NCBI GenBank assembly: GCA_002392765.1
Contig: DGHT01000014.1
Coordinates: forward strand, 38,951-102,950
Direction: 5' to 3'
Source: Verrucomicrobia bacterium UBA3841
GTDB lineage: Bacteria > Verrucomicrobiota > Kiritimatiellia > RFP12 > UBA1067
DNA length: 64,000 nt
Below the pieces are notes generated by a model. The model did no database searches, was not told the DNA's origin, and was given only the letters and a program-made list of their open reading frames with translations. How positions within the stretch are numbered: position 1 is the stretch's first letter; each line of letters opens with the position of its first letter. The translations under genes and the position numbers were made by a program. This document shows, piece after piece, positions 9,401 through 17,372 of this stretch.

Positions 9401-10669
9401 TCACGAGCCCGGCTGCAACGCTCTGAACCTGAGCAGCGCCTCGAGGAAATAGTAGTCGCCGTAGTCGAGCGGAGTGTCGATCTCGCTGCCGGCGGGCTTG
9501 TGTCCGACTCCGTGCTTCAGGAGCCAGTCGCCGTTCTCGCCCGGCTTCGCGAAGTACTCGTCGGAGCAAAGCGAAAGGAGCTGCTTCACCGCGAACGCGC
9601 GGTACTTCGCGCCCTTGTCGCCTGGAACGAATGTCGAGAGCTCGAGGAGCCCGGACGCCATGATCGACGCGGCGGAGGAGTCGCGCTCCTCGCCCGGCGC
9701 GCCGAAATCCCAGTACGGGACACCGTCGGCGGGCATGTTCGGATGGTTCATCGCGAAGTCGGAGACCTTCTGCGCGAACTCGAGGAATGCGGGTTCCTTC
9801 GTCTCGCGGTACATCATCGTGTAGCCGTAGATGGCCCAGCTCTGCCCGCGGCTCCACGCCGTCTCGCACGAGAGGCCCTGTCCGCGGCGGATCTCCTGGA
9901 CCGCGCCGAGGAAGCCCGGGCGCTGGTCGTAGTTCAGCACGTGGTACGTGCCGCCGTCCGCGCGGAAGTGGTGCTCCATCGTCTTCACGGAGTGGGAGCG
10001 CGCGATGTCGTCGAAGCGCTTCGCGTTCCCCCGTTCCCCGTTCCCCGTTCCCCGTTCCCCGTTCTTCGCCGCCCACTCGAGGAGCTCGAGGTTCATCATG
10101 TTGTCTGGGATGACGAGGAAGTTGTCTTTCTCGTCTATCGCACCCCAGCTTCTGATTACTCCGAGATCGGGGCTGAACCTCTTCGAGAGGGATTCCGCCG
10201 TCTCGAGGAGCAGCGCGTCGTACTTGCCGGTATTAAGCAGTCTTCTCGCGTTGCCGAACGAGCAGTACATGATGAAGCCGACATCATGGTTGTCGGAGAC
10301 CTTCGAGTTCGGGGCGATGAACTCCGTCCAGACCGTCGCACGGTCCTTGAAGAAGCCGTCGCCCGTCGCCTCGTAGAGGTACCAGAGAGAGCCCGGGAAG
10401 TGTCCGGACGTCCACCAGTAGATGGAACGCATGTCGAGCTTTCCGGTCTTGGCGTTCCACCCGTGGGGGACGCGGCGCTCGCCGTGCGGCTTGTCCCCGT
10501 GCGGAACAGCCTCCATGACGTCGCCCTTGTCCATGAGCGGAGTCGCCGCCGCGTCGATCGCGCGGTAGTGCGCCGCGCTCTTCGCGAAGACTTCCGGCAG
10601 CAGAGCCTGCAGTTTCGCCTCCTGTGGATTGGCCAAAGCGGCCGCTATGAGCACTGATGCCAGAAGCAT
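9401..10669 (-). CDS. Glycoside hydrolase family 88-like unsaturated glucuronyl hydrolase
   Basis: 422 aa with signal-like N-terminus MLLASVLIAAALA. Segments RSIYWWTSGHFPGSLWYLYEATGD, DNHDVGFIMYCSFGNA, IPDNMMNLELL and WSRGQSWAIYGYT match GH88 by eye. It is the last gene of the DUF4861-kduI-kduD block. Confidence 0.8.
   Translation of the reverse strand: MLLASVLIAAALANPQEAKLQALLPEVFAKSAAHYRAIDAAATPLMDKGDVMEAVPHGDKPHGERRVPHGWNAKTGKLDMRSIYWWTSGHFPGSLWYLYEATGDGFFKDRATVWTEFIAPNSKVSDNHDVGFIMYCSFGNARRLLNTGKYDALLLETAESLSKRFSPDLGVIRSWGAIDEKDNFLVIPDNMMNLELLEWAAKNGERGTGNGERGNAKRFDDIARSHSVKTMEHHFRADGGTYHVLNYDQRPGFLGAVQEIRRGQGLSCETAWSRGQSWAIYGYTMMYRETKEPAFLEFAQKVSDFAMNHPNMPADGVPYWDFGAPGEERDSSAASIMASGLLELSTFVPGDKGAKYRAFAVKQLLSLCSDEYFAKPGENGDWLLKHGVGHKPAGSEIDTPLDYGDYYFLEALLRFRALQPGS
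10023..10063. repeat. Heptanucleotide tandem repeat (AACGGGG on the coding strand), 5 units, inside the GH88 CDS
   Basis: Plus strand reads gcgtt-cccccgtt-(ccccgtt)x4. One unit carries an extra C, so the total is 36 nt and stays in frame. It is translated as NGERGTGNGERG. Confidence 0.9.
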
Positions 10670-10694
10670 GTCTTCGTTCCTTTCTTTTTCTGAT

Positions 10695-11459
10695 TTAGCG
10701 GGCCAGCCATCCGCCGTCGCAGGCGTAGGTGTAGCCGGTCATGTAGTCGGACGCGGGCGCGGCGAGGAATACGCAAATGCCCTTGAGGTCGTCCGGGGTG
10801 CCCCAGCGTCCCGCGGGGATGCGGTCGAGGATCGCCTTGTTGCGCTTCTTGTCGGCGCGGATCGGCGCGGTGTTCGCCGTCGCGATGTAGCCCGGGGCGA
10901 TCGCGTTCACGCAGATCCCGTCCTTCGAGAGCTCGTTCGCCATGAGCATCGTGAGCGACTTGATGCCGCCCTTCGAGGCAGCGTAGCCCGGAACGAGGAT
11001 GCCGCCCTGGAACGAGAGCATCGACGCGATGTTGATGATCTTGCCGCCCTTGCCCTGCTTGATCATCTGGCGGACTACCGCCTGCGACAGGAAGAACGGC
11101 GTCGAGAGGTTGATCGAGATTACGTCGTTCCAGTTCTTCGCACTGTGCTCGGCGAAAGGCTCGCGGCGGATGATGCCCGCGTTGTTGACGAGAATGTCGA
11201 CCTTCTTGAACGCCTTGACGACCTTGGCGACGATCTTCGGGGCCTCTTTCTCGCCCTTCGAGAGATCGGCCTTGATGCCGATGGCCTTGCGGCCGAGCTT
11301 TTCGATCGCGGCGATCGTCTCCTCCATCGGAATGACGTCGACGATCGCGACATCCGCGCCGGCCTCGGCGAGTCCGATCGCGTAGGCTTGTCCGATTCCG
11401 CGGCCCGCTCCCGTTACGATTGCGACCTTGCCGTCTAGTTTGAATTGATCGAGTATCAT
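10695..11459 (-). CDS. kduD: 2-dehydro-3-deoxy-D-gluconate 5-dehydrogenase (SDR)
   Basis: 254 aa. FKLDGKVAIVTGAGRGIGQA, NNAGI and YAASKGG resemble KduD end to end by eye, and the gene sits beside kduI. Confidence 0.8.
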   Translation of the reverse strand: MILDQFKLDGKVAIVTGAGRGIGQAYAIGLAEAGADVAIVDVIPMEETIAAIEKLGRKAIGIKADLSKGEKEAPKIVAKVVKAFKKVDILVNNAGIIRREPFAEHSAKNWNDVISINLSTPFFLSQAVVRQMIKQGKGGKIINIASMLSFQGGILVPGYAASKGGIKSLTMLMANELSKDGICVNAIAPGYIATANTAPIRADKKRNKAILDRIPAGRWGTPDDLKGICVFLAAPASDYMTGYTYACDGGWLAR

Positions 11460-11514
11460 TTGTTTTTCTCCTTTTTGTGTTTCCTTGTTTTTTTATTTGG
11501 ATGAATCACGTCCC

Positions 11515-12429
11515 TCACCTCATCTCAAGCACGGGCACCTTGTCCATGTCGCCGTAGTTGAGGTTCTCTCCGCCCATGCCCCAGATGAACATGTAGTTCG
11601 AGGTTCCCGCGGCGGAATGGACAGACCACTCGGGCGCGGTGATCGCCTGCTCGTTGTGGAGCCACACGAGGCGCTGCTCCTGCGGGCGGCCCATCTGGTG
11701 GCAGATCGCCTGGCCTTCGGGGACGTTGAAGTAGAAGTACGCCTCCATGCGGCGGTTGTGCGTGTGCTGCGGCATCGTGTTCCAGACGCTTCCGGGCTTG
11801 AGCTCCGTGAGGCCCATCTGGAGCTGGTTCACGCCGCCGCCGGGAACCTTCGTCAGCACCGGGTTCACGATGAGCTGGTTGATGACGCGGTCGTTGGACT
11901 CCTCCATCTTGCCGGCCTTGATGTAGTTGCCGATCGTGTAGCCCGGCTTCTTGCAGTTCTGGTCGCTCGTGATGCGCTGCGTGACGAACTCCTTGTAGGC
12001 GGGAGCGGAATTGATGTAGAACTTCGCGGGATTCGCCTTGTCCTTGGAGACGAACTTGACCTCCTTCTTCCCGCAGCCGACGTAGAGCGCCTCCTTGAAC
12101 TCGAGGTCGTACTTCTCGCCGTCCACCGTCACCGTGCCAGGCCCGCCGACGTTGATTACGCCGAGTTCGCGGCGCTCGAGGAAATAGTCCGCCTTCAGCT
12201 CCGCGAACGGCTCGAGCGTCAGTTCCTTTTCTACGGGCATCGCGCCGCCGTAGACGAGGCGGTCGTACATCGTGTAGGTGACGTTGATCTCGTCGGGCGA
12301 CATCACCTTCTCCATCACGAAGCGCGACCTTATCTTCGCGGTGTCGTAGGTCTTGAAGTCGTCGGGGTGTACTGCGGTCTGAACGGTGAAGTTTACCGTC
12401 GTCGCAAGCATTATCGCGAGTATGTTCAT
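11515..12429 (-). CDS. kduI: 5-dehydro-4-deoxy-D-glucuronate isomerase
   Basis: 304 aa. [26 protein letters not shown] and [19 protein letters not shown] match KduI. The start may be the internal ATG 18 nt downstream. There is a 4-nt ATGA overlap with the upstream gene. Confidence 0.8.
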   Translation of the reverse strand: MNILAIMLATTVNFTVQTAVHPDDFKTYDTAKIRSRFVMEKVMSPDEINVTYTMYDRLVYGGAMPVEKELTLEPFAELKADYFLERRELGVINVGGPGTVTVDGEKYDLEFKEALYVGCGKKEVKFVSKDKANPAKFYINSAPAYKEFVTQRITSDQNCKKPGYTIGNYIKAGKMEESNDRVINQLIVNPVLTKVPGGGVNQLQMGLTELKPGSVWNTMPQHTHNRRMEAYFYFNVPEGQAICHQMGRPQEQRLVWLHNEQAITAPEWSVHSAAGTSNYMFIWGMGGENLNYGDMDKVPVLEMR

Positions 12430-13328
12430 TTGTCTTTTCCTTTCGTTTGTGTTCTAAACTTGGAATCTATCATGGCCTTGAACATACGGGCCACAGACTG
12501 TTCGCTCGCGACCTGCTCGCCGCGTACGTAATCGTGCCACGACTTCGCGTCGCGAAACCTACCGGCCTCGGTCCAGTCAGCGCCGGCGCGAACGAGAAGC
12601 GCGGTACCGTGATGTTTCAATGGCTCTGTCATTATCATCTTCGCGCCTTCGGGGCCGTCGGCAAGCGCGATGCCGCCCATGCCCGGCATCGCGAATATCG
12701 CGTTCATCATAGAGCCATCCTCGCCCTCGCGGTTGTGCGGTTTCTCGAAGAGCGACACGATGAGTTTCTTCTCGTCGATGAAAAGATCGCCCGTGTGCTC
12801 GCGTGCCGCGCTGAGGTCAAGCCCGACGCCGATCTCGAGCCCCTCAACCGGGACATCCTCCGAAAGCGTCACGGCCTCAGTGAAAAACGAACTTCCTTTT
12901 TCCAGTACGATTCCAAGCGTCATCGTGCCGCCGATCGGGAGCTTGTAGTCGAGCTCGAACGAGCAGCGCTCCTCGCAATTGGCAAGAATGCGATAGTCCA
13001 CCCAGTTGCCGTAGTCGGGAAGCCACTTGCCGTCCTTCCTGAACGCCACTCCGCCTACGCCGCGCCCCGGGCCTACGGCATAGTCGTCCATGCCGAAACC
13101 GTTGACGTTCTTGTGCCAGTTGCCGTACCTCTTCGGCTCTCGCAGGAGATGCACGACGAAGTTGTTCGTTGTCGCCTTGTTGAAGACGTCGATGCCGCTC
13201 CACTTGTGGACATCACCCGGCCCGTAGGCGCGAAAGCCCGTGCGGTCGTTTTCCCAGAAGAAGTCGTTCGCCCGCTCCGGCGCCTCCCCGCAGAGGCACG
13301 TAGTCGCTATCAATATTGCCGCAATCAC
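12426..13328 (-). CDS. DUF4861-like protein commonly linked to kduI/kduD
   Basis: ORF 12426..13469, but the first 47 codons read through a repeat array. AGGAGGAGG followed by GTG at 13328 gives [14 protein letters not shown], a signal/lipobox-like N-terminus. [22 protein letters not shown] and [13 protein letters not shown] resemble DUF4861 by eye. Confidence 0.65.
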   Translation of the reverse strand: MIAAILIATTCLCGEAPERANDFFWENDRTGFRAYGPGDVHKWSGIDVFNKATTNNFVVHLLREPKRYGNWHKNVNGFGMDDYAVGPGRGVGGVAFRKDGKWLPDYGNWVDYRILANCEERCSFELDYKLPIGGTMTLGIVLEKGSSFFTEAVTLSEDVPVEGLEIGVGLDLSAAREHTGDLFIDEKKLIVSLFEKPHNREGEDGSMMNAIFAMPGMGGIALADGPEGAKMIMTEPLKHHGTALLVRAGADWTEAGRFRDAKSWHDYVRGEQVASEQSVARMFKAMIDSKFRTQTKGKDK

Positions 13329-14593
13329 AACCCTCCTCCTTGCTCTTGCTGTTGTACGCTTGCTGTTGCCCCTTGCTGTCGTACGCTTGCTGTTCTCGCC
13401 TTGCCCAGATCGGCCCTCGAGAAGCCGGCCGCAAGGTCGCCTATCGACTTGGCTGCAAGGTTGAGCCATTCAAACCGAGCCTTGCCGTAACTCGCGCGAG
13501 CTGCGCCAGTCTCGCGCGGCGCGAATGGCGACAGCTGAAGAAGCCGCCCCTCGGCGCACAAATCGAAATCTCCGCCCCACGGCTTGTAGTAGCGGCCCAT
13601 GCCCTCGGCGAGCAGCTGCACCACCCTCCCGCCGCGAGCAATGGCCTCGGCCTTGACAGCTTTCTCTCCCGGGGAAATCCAGGGGCTAACGAGCACAGCC
13701 CCGCGCTCGGCCTTTGCGCCAAGCTTCGCGACAAGTTCGGCGAGCTTGTCGTCTGGCGTCGCCGTTGATATTCTAACGCTCACGAGAAGCGGTGCGTCCA
13801 ACAAAAACGGGTTGCCGACGGCAGTCCAGGCAAGGGGGCGACAAGCGGCAGCAAGCGTACTACAACAAGTGTCGCCCCTTGCTGTCGTACGCTTGCTGTC
13901 GTACGCTTGCTGTTGCCCCTTGCTGTTGCCCCTTGCTGTCGTACGCTTGCTGTCGTACGCTTGCTGTTCTTCAAACGCCCTCAACACCCGGTTGCCCTTC
14001 CTTGGCTTTGCGATTTCCTCGCCGGTTTCGACGTCCCAAAGCTCGCCGCCGTTTCGCGCAAAGGAACGGAAATCCCAGCTGTCGGCACCATCAACGCCAG
14101 CCAGCGTTGCGGATGCGCGCTCAAGACGCCAGTGCCTAAAGCCCATGACCTTCTTGAAAAGCCCTGGGTTATTCTCCTTTATCCAGCGACGCTTGGCGTT
14201 TGACAAGACATAGTTTATCTGCCTATGAAGCTGCCCCTTCGCAAGGCAAACCGAGTCTCGCCAAAGCTCGCACCACACCCTGCGGCCTATGCGCCTCTCA
14301 ACCTCGCCTGCAAAGAAGGCAATGACCTCGTCGAGAACAGCCGCCCCTTCATCGGTTATGTAGACAATGCCGTGGAAGTGGTCGGGCATTATCGCATTGT
14401 AAGTAGCCCTAACGCCAGGAAACTTCGCCTCGATCGCCTGCCATGAATCGTAAACCGCCCGGCCTTCCCCGGTGCGTTCAACACCCCACTCTCTCAGAGT
14501 GCCAAAGACATTGGCCCTCGGCTCGGTGACAAGCGTTATCATATAGTTGCATCGCGAGTCATAGCACCAGCCCAAGAGCCCCTTGTGGCGCAT
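13325..14593 (-). CDS. HUH (Y1, RAYT/IS200-like) transposase domain continuous in frame with a DprA/SLOG-like C-terminal module; internal and terminal repeat arrays are read through
   Basis: Start placed at ATG 14593 (MRHKGLLGWCYDSRCNYMITLVTEPRANVFG). HUH motif in AIMPDHFHGIVYI. Candidate catalytic Tyr in LWRDSVCLAKGQLHRQINYVLSNAKR (compare FWEH..YIHINPVK of RAYTs). After array B, AVLVSPWISPGEKAVKAEAIARGGRVVQLLAEGMGRYYKPWGGDFDLCAEGRLLQLSPF follows the DprA pattern VVSGxAxGID..A..GG..IAVL..G....YP....L......G.LLSEF. There is no in-frame stop from 14593 to 13325, and the stop overlaps the DUF4861 GTG (GTGA). Confidence 0.5.
   Translation of the reverse strand: MRHKGLLGWCYDSRCNYMITLVTEPRANVFGTLREWGVERTGEGRAVYDSWQAIEAKFPGVRATYNAIMPDHFHGIVYITDEGAAVLDEVIAFFAGEVERRIGRRVWCELWRDSVCLAKGQLHRQINYVLSNAKRRWIKENNPGLFKKVMGFRHWRLERASATLAGVDGADSWDFRSFARNGGELWDVETGEEIAKPRKGNRVLRAFEEQQAYDSKRTTARGNSKGQQQAYDSKRTTARGDTCCSTLAAACRPLAWTAVGNPFLLDAPLLVSVRISTATPDDKLAELVAKLGAKAERGAVLVSPWISPGEKAVKAEAIARGGRVVQLLAEGMGRYYKPWGGDFDLCAEGRLLQLSPFAPRETGAARASYGKARFEWLNLAAKSIGDLAAGFSRADLGKARTASVRQQGATASVQQQEQGGGL
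13338..13405. repeat. Iteron array A: about 5 direct copies of CTTGCTGT at 13-14 bp spacing
   Basis: ccttgctcttgctgttgtacgcttgctgttgccccttgctgtcgtacgcttgctgttctcgccttgcc. It lies between the end of the DprA-like segment and the DUF4861 start. Confidence 0.85.
13831..13968. repeat. Iteron array B: one inverted plus about 7 direct CTTGCTGT units, inside the transposase ORF
   Basis: caagggggcgacaagcggcagcaagcgtactacaacaagtgtcgccccttgctgtcgtacgcttgctgtcgtacgcttgctgttgccccttgctgttgccccttgctgtcgtacgcttgctgtcgtacgcttgctgtt. The CAAGGGGGCGACA / TGTCGCCCCTTG arms and gcagcaagcgtac / gtacgcttgctgtc arms can form hairpins. The array is open in all three frames of the minus strand. Confidence 0.85.
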
Positions 14594-14598
14594 GGGAG

Positions 14599-14767
14599 TG
14601 ACAGCAAGCGTACTACAACAAGTGTCGCCGCCAGCCCCTTGCCGTCGGTTCTTGCTGTCGCTCCCTTGCTGTCGTACGCTTGCTGTCATTCCTTGCTGTC
14701 GCCCCCTTGCTGTTGTACGCTTGCTGTCATTCCTTGCTGTCGCTCCCTTGCTGTCGTACGCTTGCCG
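14599..14767. repeat. Iteron array C: one inverted plus about 9 direct CTTGCTGT units, filling the whole spacer between the EIIC stop and the transposase start
   Basis: gacagcaagcgtac (14600..14613) is the exact reverse complement of gtacgcttgctgtc (14674..14687). The direct units are spaced 13-14 bp apart. The segment gcagcaagcgtactacaacaagtgtcgcc is shared with array B. Confidence 0.85.
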
Positions 14768-16138
14768 TCATTTCGCCCTTCTGATCCTCAGCCAATTCAC
14801 GGCGCACATGCCGATGGCGAGCAACCCCGCGCCGACCGCGCCGATCCACTTGAACGAAACCGTAAGATGGTAAACCGCCCAGCACCACAGCGCGCTCGCA
14901 AAATCGAGCGCCGCACCGCCCTCGAAGCCCTCAGGAACGGCAATGCCGTCGCAGTTCGCCGCGGCAATCGCCTTGGTGAACGCGGGAGTGAGGTTCGTGA
15001 CAAAGAAAAGCCCGGCTACGAGCGCGACGAGACCGATGACAAACGTCTTCGGCACATTGCCCTTCGTAATCGGCAGGACGCACGGGAAAAGGTAGAACAT
15101 CCCGGCGAGCGAGGCGAGCGGCAGGAATTTGTTTCCGGGAAGGAAAACGGAGAGGAAGAGTATCACGGGAATAAGCAGAATCGAGACGACGAGCGTCGTC
15201 GGATGGCCGATCACGAGCGCGGGGCTCATTCCGATGGAAAGTCCCTTGAGTCCCGAGAAGCGCTTTTCGATAAAGCTCCTCGTCTGTTCGCAGATTGGCT
15301 TGAGCCCCTCGATGAAGAGCGCCGTAATGCGGGGTATGAGCTCCATCACCGCGCCGACCGTCACGCCAAGCTTCAGTATCTGCGGTATCGAATCGACCAC
15401 GGCCTTCCACGAATCGCACCTGAGCGCGCCGATTCCGCAGCCGATCACAAGGCCGAGGAAAAGCGGCTCGCCGAGAAGCCCGAACTTCCTCTTCATCCCC
15501 TCCGCGTCGATGTCGAGCTTCGAGATGCCGGGAATCCTGTCGAGGACCCGGCAAATGACGACCGCAAACGGAGTGAAGCTCTGGCAGAACGGCTGCGGAA
15601 TGGAGATGCCGTCCATGTCCTTGTAGTACGACTGGAAGCCCTTCGTCGTGAAGTCGGCCATGCAAAGCGTGATGACGTAGAGGACGATCGCCGCATAGAA
15701 CGCCCACGCGAGCGAGCCGGTAGCAAAGAACACCATCGCGCCGAGAAAGGCGAAGTGCCAGTAGTTCCAGAGATCGATGTTCACCGTGCGCGTCACGCCC
15801 GCGACCAGCATGACGACGTTCACGCCGAGGCAGACGGGGATTATGAACGCGCCGACCGCGCAGGAGTACGCGACCGCCGCAGCCGCCGGCCAGCCAAGGT
15901 CGAAGAACGGGAGGTTCAGGTGGTAGAGGTCGGTCATGCCCTTCAGGGCGGGCCCCAGACTCGACGTCAAAAGAGCCGTCACGACGCCCAGCCCGACGAA
16001 ACCGATGCCCACGAGAAGGCCCGCCTTCAGCGCCTTCGAGAACTTGATGCCGATAAGCATGCCCAAGATGGTGAATATGACGGGCATCATGACCGATGCG
16101 CCGAGTCGTCTGATTATATATGTAAAAACCTCTGTCAT
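14768..16138 (-). CDS. PTS EIIC component of the galactitol (EIIC-GAT) family; no EIIA/EIIB nearby
   Basis: 456 aa polytopic membrane protein. The N-terminus MTEVFTYIIRRLGASVMMPVIFTILGMLIGIKFSKALKAGLLVGIGFVGL is GatC-like by eye. Confidence 0.75.
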   Translation of the reverse strand: MTEVFTYIIRRLGASVMMPVIFTILGMLIGIKFSKALKAGLLVGIGFVGLGVVTALLTSSLGPALKGMTDLYHLNLPFFDLGWPAAAAVAYSCAVGAFIIPVCLGVNVVMLVAGVTRTVNIDLWNYWHFAFLGAMVFFATGSLAWAFYAAIVLYVITLCMADFTTKGFQSYYKDMDGISIPQPFCQSFTPFAVVICRVLDRIPGISKLDIDAEGMKRKFGLLGEPLFLGLVIGCGIGALRCDSWKAVVDSIPQILKLGVTVGAVMELIPRITALFIEGLKPICEQTRSFIEKRFSGLKGLSIGMSPALVIGHPTTLVVSILLIPVILFLSVFLPGNKFLPLASLAGMFYLFPCVLPITKGNVPKTFVIGLVALVAGLFFVTNLTPAFTKAIAAANCDGIAVPEGFEGGAALDFASALWCWAVYHLTVSFKWIGAVGAGLLAIGMCAVNWLRIRRAK

Positions 16139-16176
16139 GGTTCCTTTATTTTACAATATTTTTATCGCCGTGTCTA

Positions 16177-16205
16177 TTGTCAAAATGGAAACTTGATGTT
16201 ATAAT
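16177..16205 (+). promoter_or_regulatory. Candidate sigma70 promoter for the XylR-like regulator, predicting a leaderless or near-leaderless mRNA
   Basis: TTGTCA (16177..16182) - 17 nt - TATAAT (16200..16205), with the ATG at 16215. The reverse complement of the -35 (TTGACA, 16183..16178) could serve the divergent EIIC gene. Confidence 0.5.
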
Positions 16206-16214
16206 TATGGCAAT

Positions 16215-17372
16215 ATGGCTATTCGCATAGGACTTCAAATCGAAAAATCGAGAGAGCACGGGCGAGCGCTTCTCGCCGGTATAGCCGATTATGCTCTCGA
16301 AAACCCCGACTGGCGCTTCGATCTAATCGACCCGAACGAACTTGTTGACAAAAGCACCATCGCGCGGTACGACGGGCTTGTAGTGCGCGTCATGGACGAC
16401 CAGACGGCCGCCGCGCTGTCGGACTCCGGCAAGCCCGTGATTGACACGTACGGACGCTCCGACAAGTCGCCCTTCGACACCATCAGGCTCGATGACGGGG
16501 CGATAGCATCAATGGCCGCCGCCTACTTCATGGACCACAGGTTCGGGCAGTGCGCTTTCTGCGGCTTTGCCGGCCCGCGATTCTCGGCCGCGCGCGGCGC
16601 CGCTTTCGCCGCCGCGGTTCGCGAATCCGGAAGGCCCTGCTTTGAATACCCGGGCGCCGGGTCCGCAAAGCTCGACGACACATTCTTCCGCAACGAACGC
16701 ACGGACCCGACCCCGGAGGCGCGCCAGCTGGAGAAGTGGATAGTATCGCTTCCAAAGCCGATAGCCGTATTCTGCTGCAACGACATACGCGCATTCCAGC
16801 TGATAAGGGCGTGCGAAGCCGTCCATGCGTCCGTGCCGGAAGAAGTCGCCGTGCTGGGGGTGGACAATGACGTCCTTCTCGGGACATTCACCCGCCCGCC
16901 GCTTTCGAGCATCGAAACGAACCCGTTTTCCCTCGGTAGAAAAGCCGCCGAAATGCTCGCCGAACGCATGAGGCGCGGAAAGAGCGCCGCGCCGGAAGTC
17001 GTTCTGCATCCGCCGCGCCGCGTCGTCGAGAGGGTGTCTACCGAGATATATCCTTTCCGCACACCCTGGCTTTCGGACGCAATGGTGTATATCGCCAGAA
17101 ACGTCTCGCGGGGCATAACGGCGAAGGACGTCTTCGCGAGGCTGGGCTATTCGCACACCGCCGTTAACAACGCCTTCCGGACGGAACTCGGAACGAGCGT
17201 GCATGCCGAAATTCTGAGACAGCGTCTCGCGCTGGCGTGCAGGCTTCTCAAAGAGACGGACCGTCCCGCCGCGAGGATAGCGACGGACTCCGGCTTCCTC
17301 AACCCGCAGTATTTCTCGCGCGCATTCTCCTCCGCCTTCGGCATGCCCCCCGACGCCTGGAGAAAGAATTAG
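16215..17372 (+). CDS. XylR-type transcriptional regulator (periplasmic-binding-protein-like sensor plus AraC-family HTH)
   Basis: 385 aa. The N-terminal sugar-binding-like fold (IGLQIEKSREHGRALLAGIADYA..FCCNDIRAFQLIRAC..VLGVDND) is followed by a C-terminal AraC HTH (GFLNPQYFSRAFSSAFGMPPDAWRK). Confidence 0.75.
   Translation: MAIRIGLQIEKSREHGRALLAGIADYALENPDWRFDLIDPNELVDKSTIARYDGLVVRVMDDQTAAALSDSGKPVIDTYGRSDKSPFDTIRLDDGAIASMAAAYFMDHRFGQCAFCGFAGPRFSAARGAAFAAAVRESGRPCFEYPGAGSAKLDDTFFRNERTDPTPEARQLEKWIVSLPKPIAVFCCNDIRAFQLIRACEAVHASVPEEVAVLGVDNDVLLGTFTRPPLSSIETNPFSLGRKAAEMLAERMRRGKSAAPEVVLHPPRRVVERVSTEIYPFRTPWLSDAMVYIARNVSRGITAKDVFARLGYSHTAVNNAFRTELGTSVHAEILRQRLALACRLLKETDRPAARIATDSGFLNPQYFSRAFSSAFGMPPDAWRKN

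Larger units (their letters stand above)
13325..14767 (-). mobile_element. RAYT-like transposase plus flanking repeat arrays (REP/BIME-like unit) lying between the EIIC gene and the DUF4861-kduI-kduD-GH88 genes
   Basis: An HUH/Tyr transposase-like gene is bracketed by same-orientation repeat arrays A and C and split by array B. It interrupts an otherwise coherent uronate-utilisation gene string. Confidence 0.45.

Noticed and set aside
13329-13469. N-terminal 47 codons of ORF 12426..13469 (..GENSKRTTARGNSKRTTAR..)
   Set aside because: This is translation of iteron array A, which is open in all frames. A strong AGGAGG plus GTG at 13328 gives a proper signal/lipobox N-terminus.
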